From assembly GCA_000934665.2 (NCBI GenBank), contig KZ538214.1:1-64000 (forward strand): a DNA stretch of 64,000 bases, given 5' to 3'. Positions 62,301 to 64,000 of this stretch are shown in pieces. The stretch is from Catajapyx aquilonaris (taxonomy: Eukaryota). The notes under the pieces were generated by a model that was not told where the DNA came from, searched no databases, and saw nothing but the letters and a program-made list of their open reading frames with translations. Made by a program: the position numbers and the translations under genes. Numbering within the stretch: the stretch's first letter is position 1; each line of letters begins with the position of its first letter.

Positions 62301-64000
62301 GAAGATTCACCTCCTAACCAAGATTTATGGTCGGACGTCGCGCTTTGATGCATTTGTCATCCCGGAGACGGCCGGCCTGGGGATCCCGGAAATTTTTCCG
62401 ACGATTTCGAGCGATTCCCACAAGAAATGAAAAAGAATCAGACATTCGTTTTTTGATGGCGGGTGTCCACAGGGAGTCGCCGGGAGCGCATGCGTCCACA
62501 TGGAGTATAGGACCATGGCGTCCCCCACATGTTGCTGAATCATCGCTGAAGAAAATCGGATATGACAGCTTGGGCGGAAAAATTATTAAAACAGGAGACA
62601 GCAAAGGTGACCCTGACCTTTAAAAACTGCATTAGTGAGAGCTGTTGGGAAGTGGACAAAAAAAAATATATGGCGCACGCGAAAGGGGGTAGAACATCAC
62701 CCAATAATTTCCCTCTGACATGATTAGCTTTTTGGCGTGGCGCTCGCCAACTACCTAATGGATGGAAATGATATTAGAGCTGTGGCGTTATATAGGCTCT
62801 CCCTTGCTTTACAGTCACGTCCTTGCATTCACGTGTTGCTCAATAACTCCCCGAAAATAATTGTTTCATGCAGATTAACTCCGGGTGCGTGGTAAAGATA
62901 CGGACACAATAAGGGTGATGCCAGACACCCCCCTCTTTTGTTCCGCGTTTCTTAACCTTGGTTGAATTATGTTACAAGACCCCAGGTCGTTAGATCCCTG
63001 TTGTTCAGGGCAGAATTTCTTCCTCCAAGGAGGAAACTTTGCGAATTTCTGGCGCTCAGAAACCATTCGCGGTGTTCTTAACGATCTCTTGAGCTGACGG
63101 CAGCCAGCTAGCAACTAACAATCGTGTTATTTACGGCCTCATCAAGTGCCTGAGTTCGGAGCGCCGTAATTTAAACTGATAAACATCTCGGTTGATTTTT
63201 AACGCATTAATTTTCATTATTTTTTAAAAAAACAGGCTGATTTGTGTGCACCACCGATAACACACTACCCTACAGAGCCGCCAATATGCATTCATAATGT
63301 TCAAGGCGAAAGGGCGTGTGCACGACCGCATAATGCATCGATTACGTGGCTGATAATGAAGGCAGGGTCCAGTCCAGTGGCACACAAACCTAGATGTCTG
63401 ATGACACCTTTTTTTTTAAAAAAAAAAAATTTCAATGCACTTGCATTACCCTTACTGATGCATATATATTTTTTTCTGTCCGATTCCAATGCGGTTTTCG
63501 CGTGTATTCGAGCGGACATTGGTGGGACGTGAACTTGAGCCTTGCAGGGGTCGCCTTCATCCGACAATCATAATGTCCATTTAATTAGGCAGGAAGGCCG
63601 TGGCTGCACTTTGGTGTTCTTGCGGAGCGTGTCTGTGGCGGGTTTCCTCACGCGACGATGGTTATTTCATGAGGTTGGCATGCGGGGTTTCAGGATGGCG
63701 TGACTCCATTCACATTGGAACTGTAACATCGAGTGAAACGTCCTCCCCAATAATCGATCACTAGCTGCCTAGCAGTGCAAACAGGTCTTGTCCATAATGT
63801 GGGTCAGCTCCTGGTAACGAGGAGCGCATGCAGCTTGTTTGTACGATTAATTAATAGGTACGCGGATATGCACTATTTGAAAGGGGCCTAAGCTTTTTGA
63901 AGGTTGACGTTAAAAAGAGCCAACGTCAAATCAAATTTTGCTGCGGGGCCGCCCAGCATGTTTAAATGTTATACACTGGCGCTTTGCAGCGTGCGAGTGA

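Overview
Eukaryotic (metazoan, probably arthropod) genomic DNA with spliceosomal GT-AG introns. Three protein-coding genes lie on the + strand in the first 26 kb. (1) The last two coding exons of imidazolonepropionase (AMDHD1), ending at 695. (2) A complete 7-exon OTU deubiquitinase OTUD5/DUBA (1217-8555, 600 aa by my splice model). (3) A 2-coding-exon class-2 DYRK kinase most like DYRK2 (12822-25524, 697 aa) with a long His/Gln/Ala/Ser-rich N-terminus. The remaining ~38 kb contains no protein I recognise. It holds small DNA-transposon derivatives (Tc1/mariner and Tigger/pogo MITEs), minisatellites, G/C homopolymers, and weak candidate transcripts: a spliced minus-strand unit at 29-30 kb and a small ORF with a signal-peptide-like start at 33 kb. 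I found no CRISPR array, rRNA, tRNA or prokaryotic system, and no clearly new biological system. The best leads are a fold-back Harbinger-type MITE filling a minimal intron, a uORF whose stop overlaps the OTUD5 start, the poly-His tract of the DYRK2-like kinase, a sharp CpG switch near 12 kb, and the candidate small secreted peptide.
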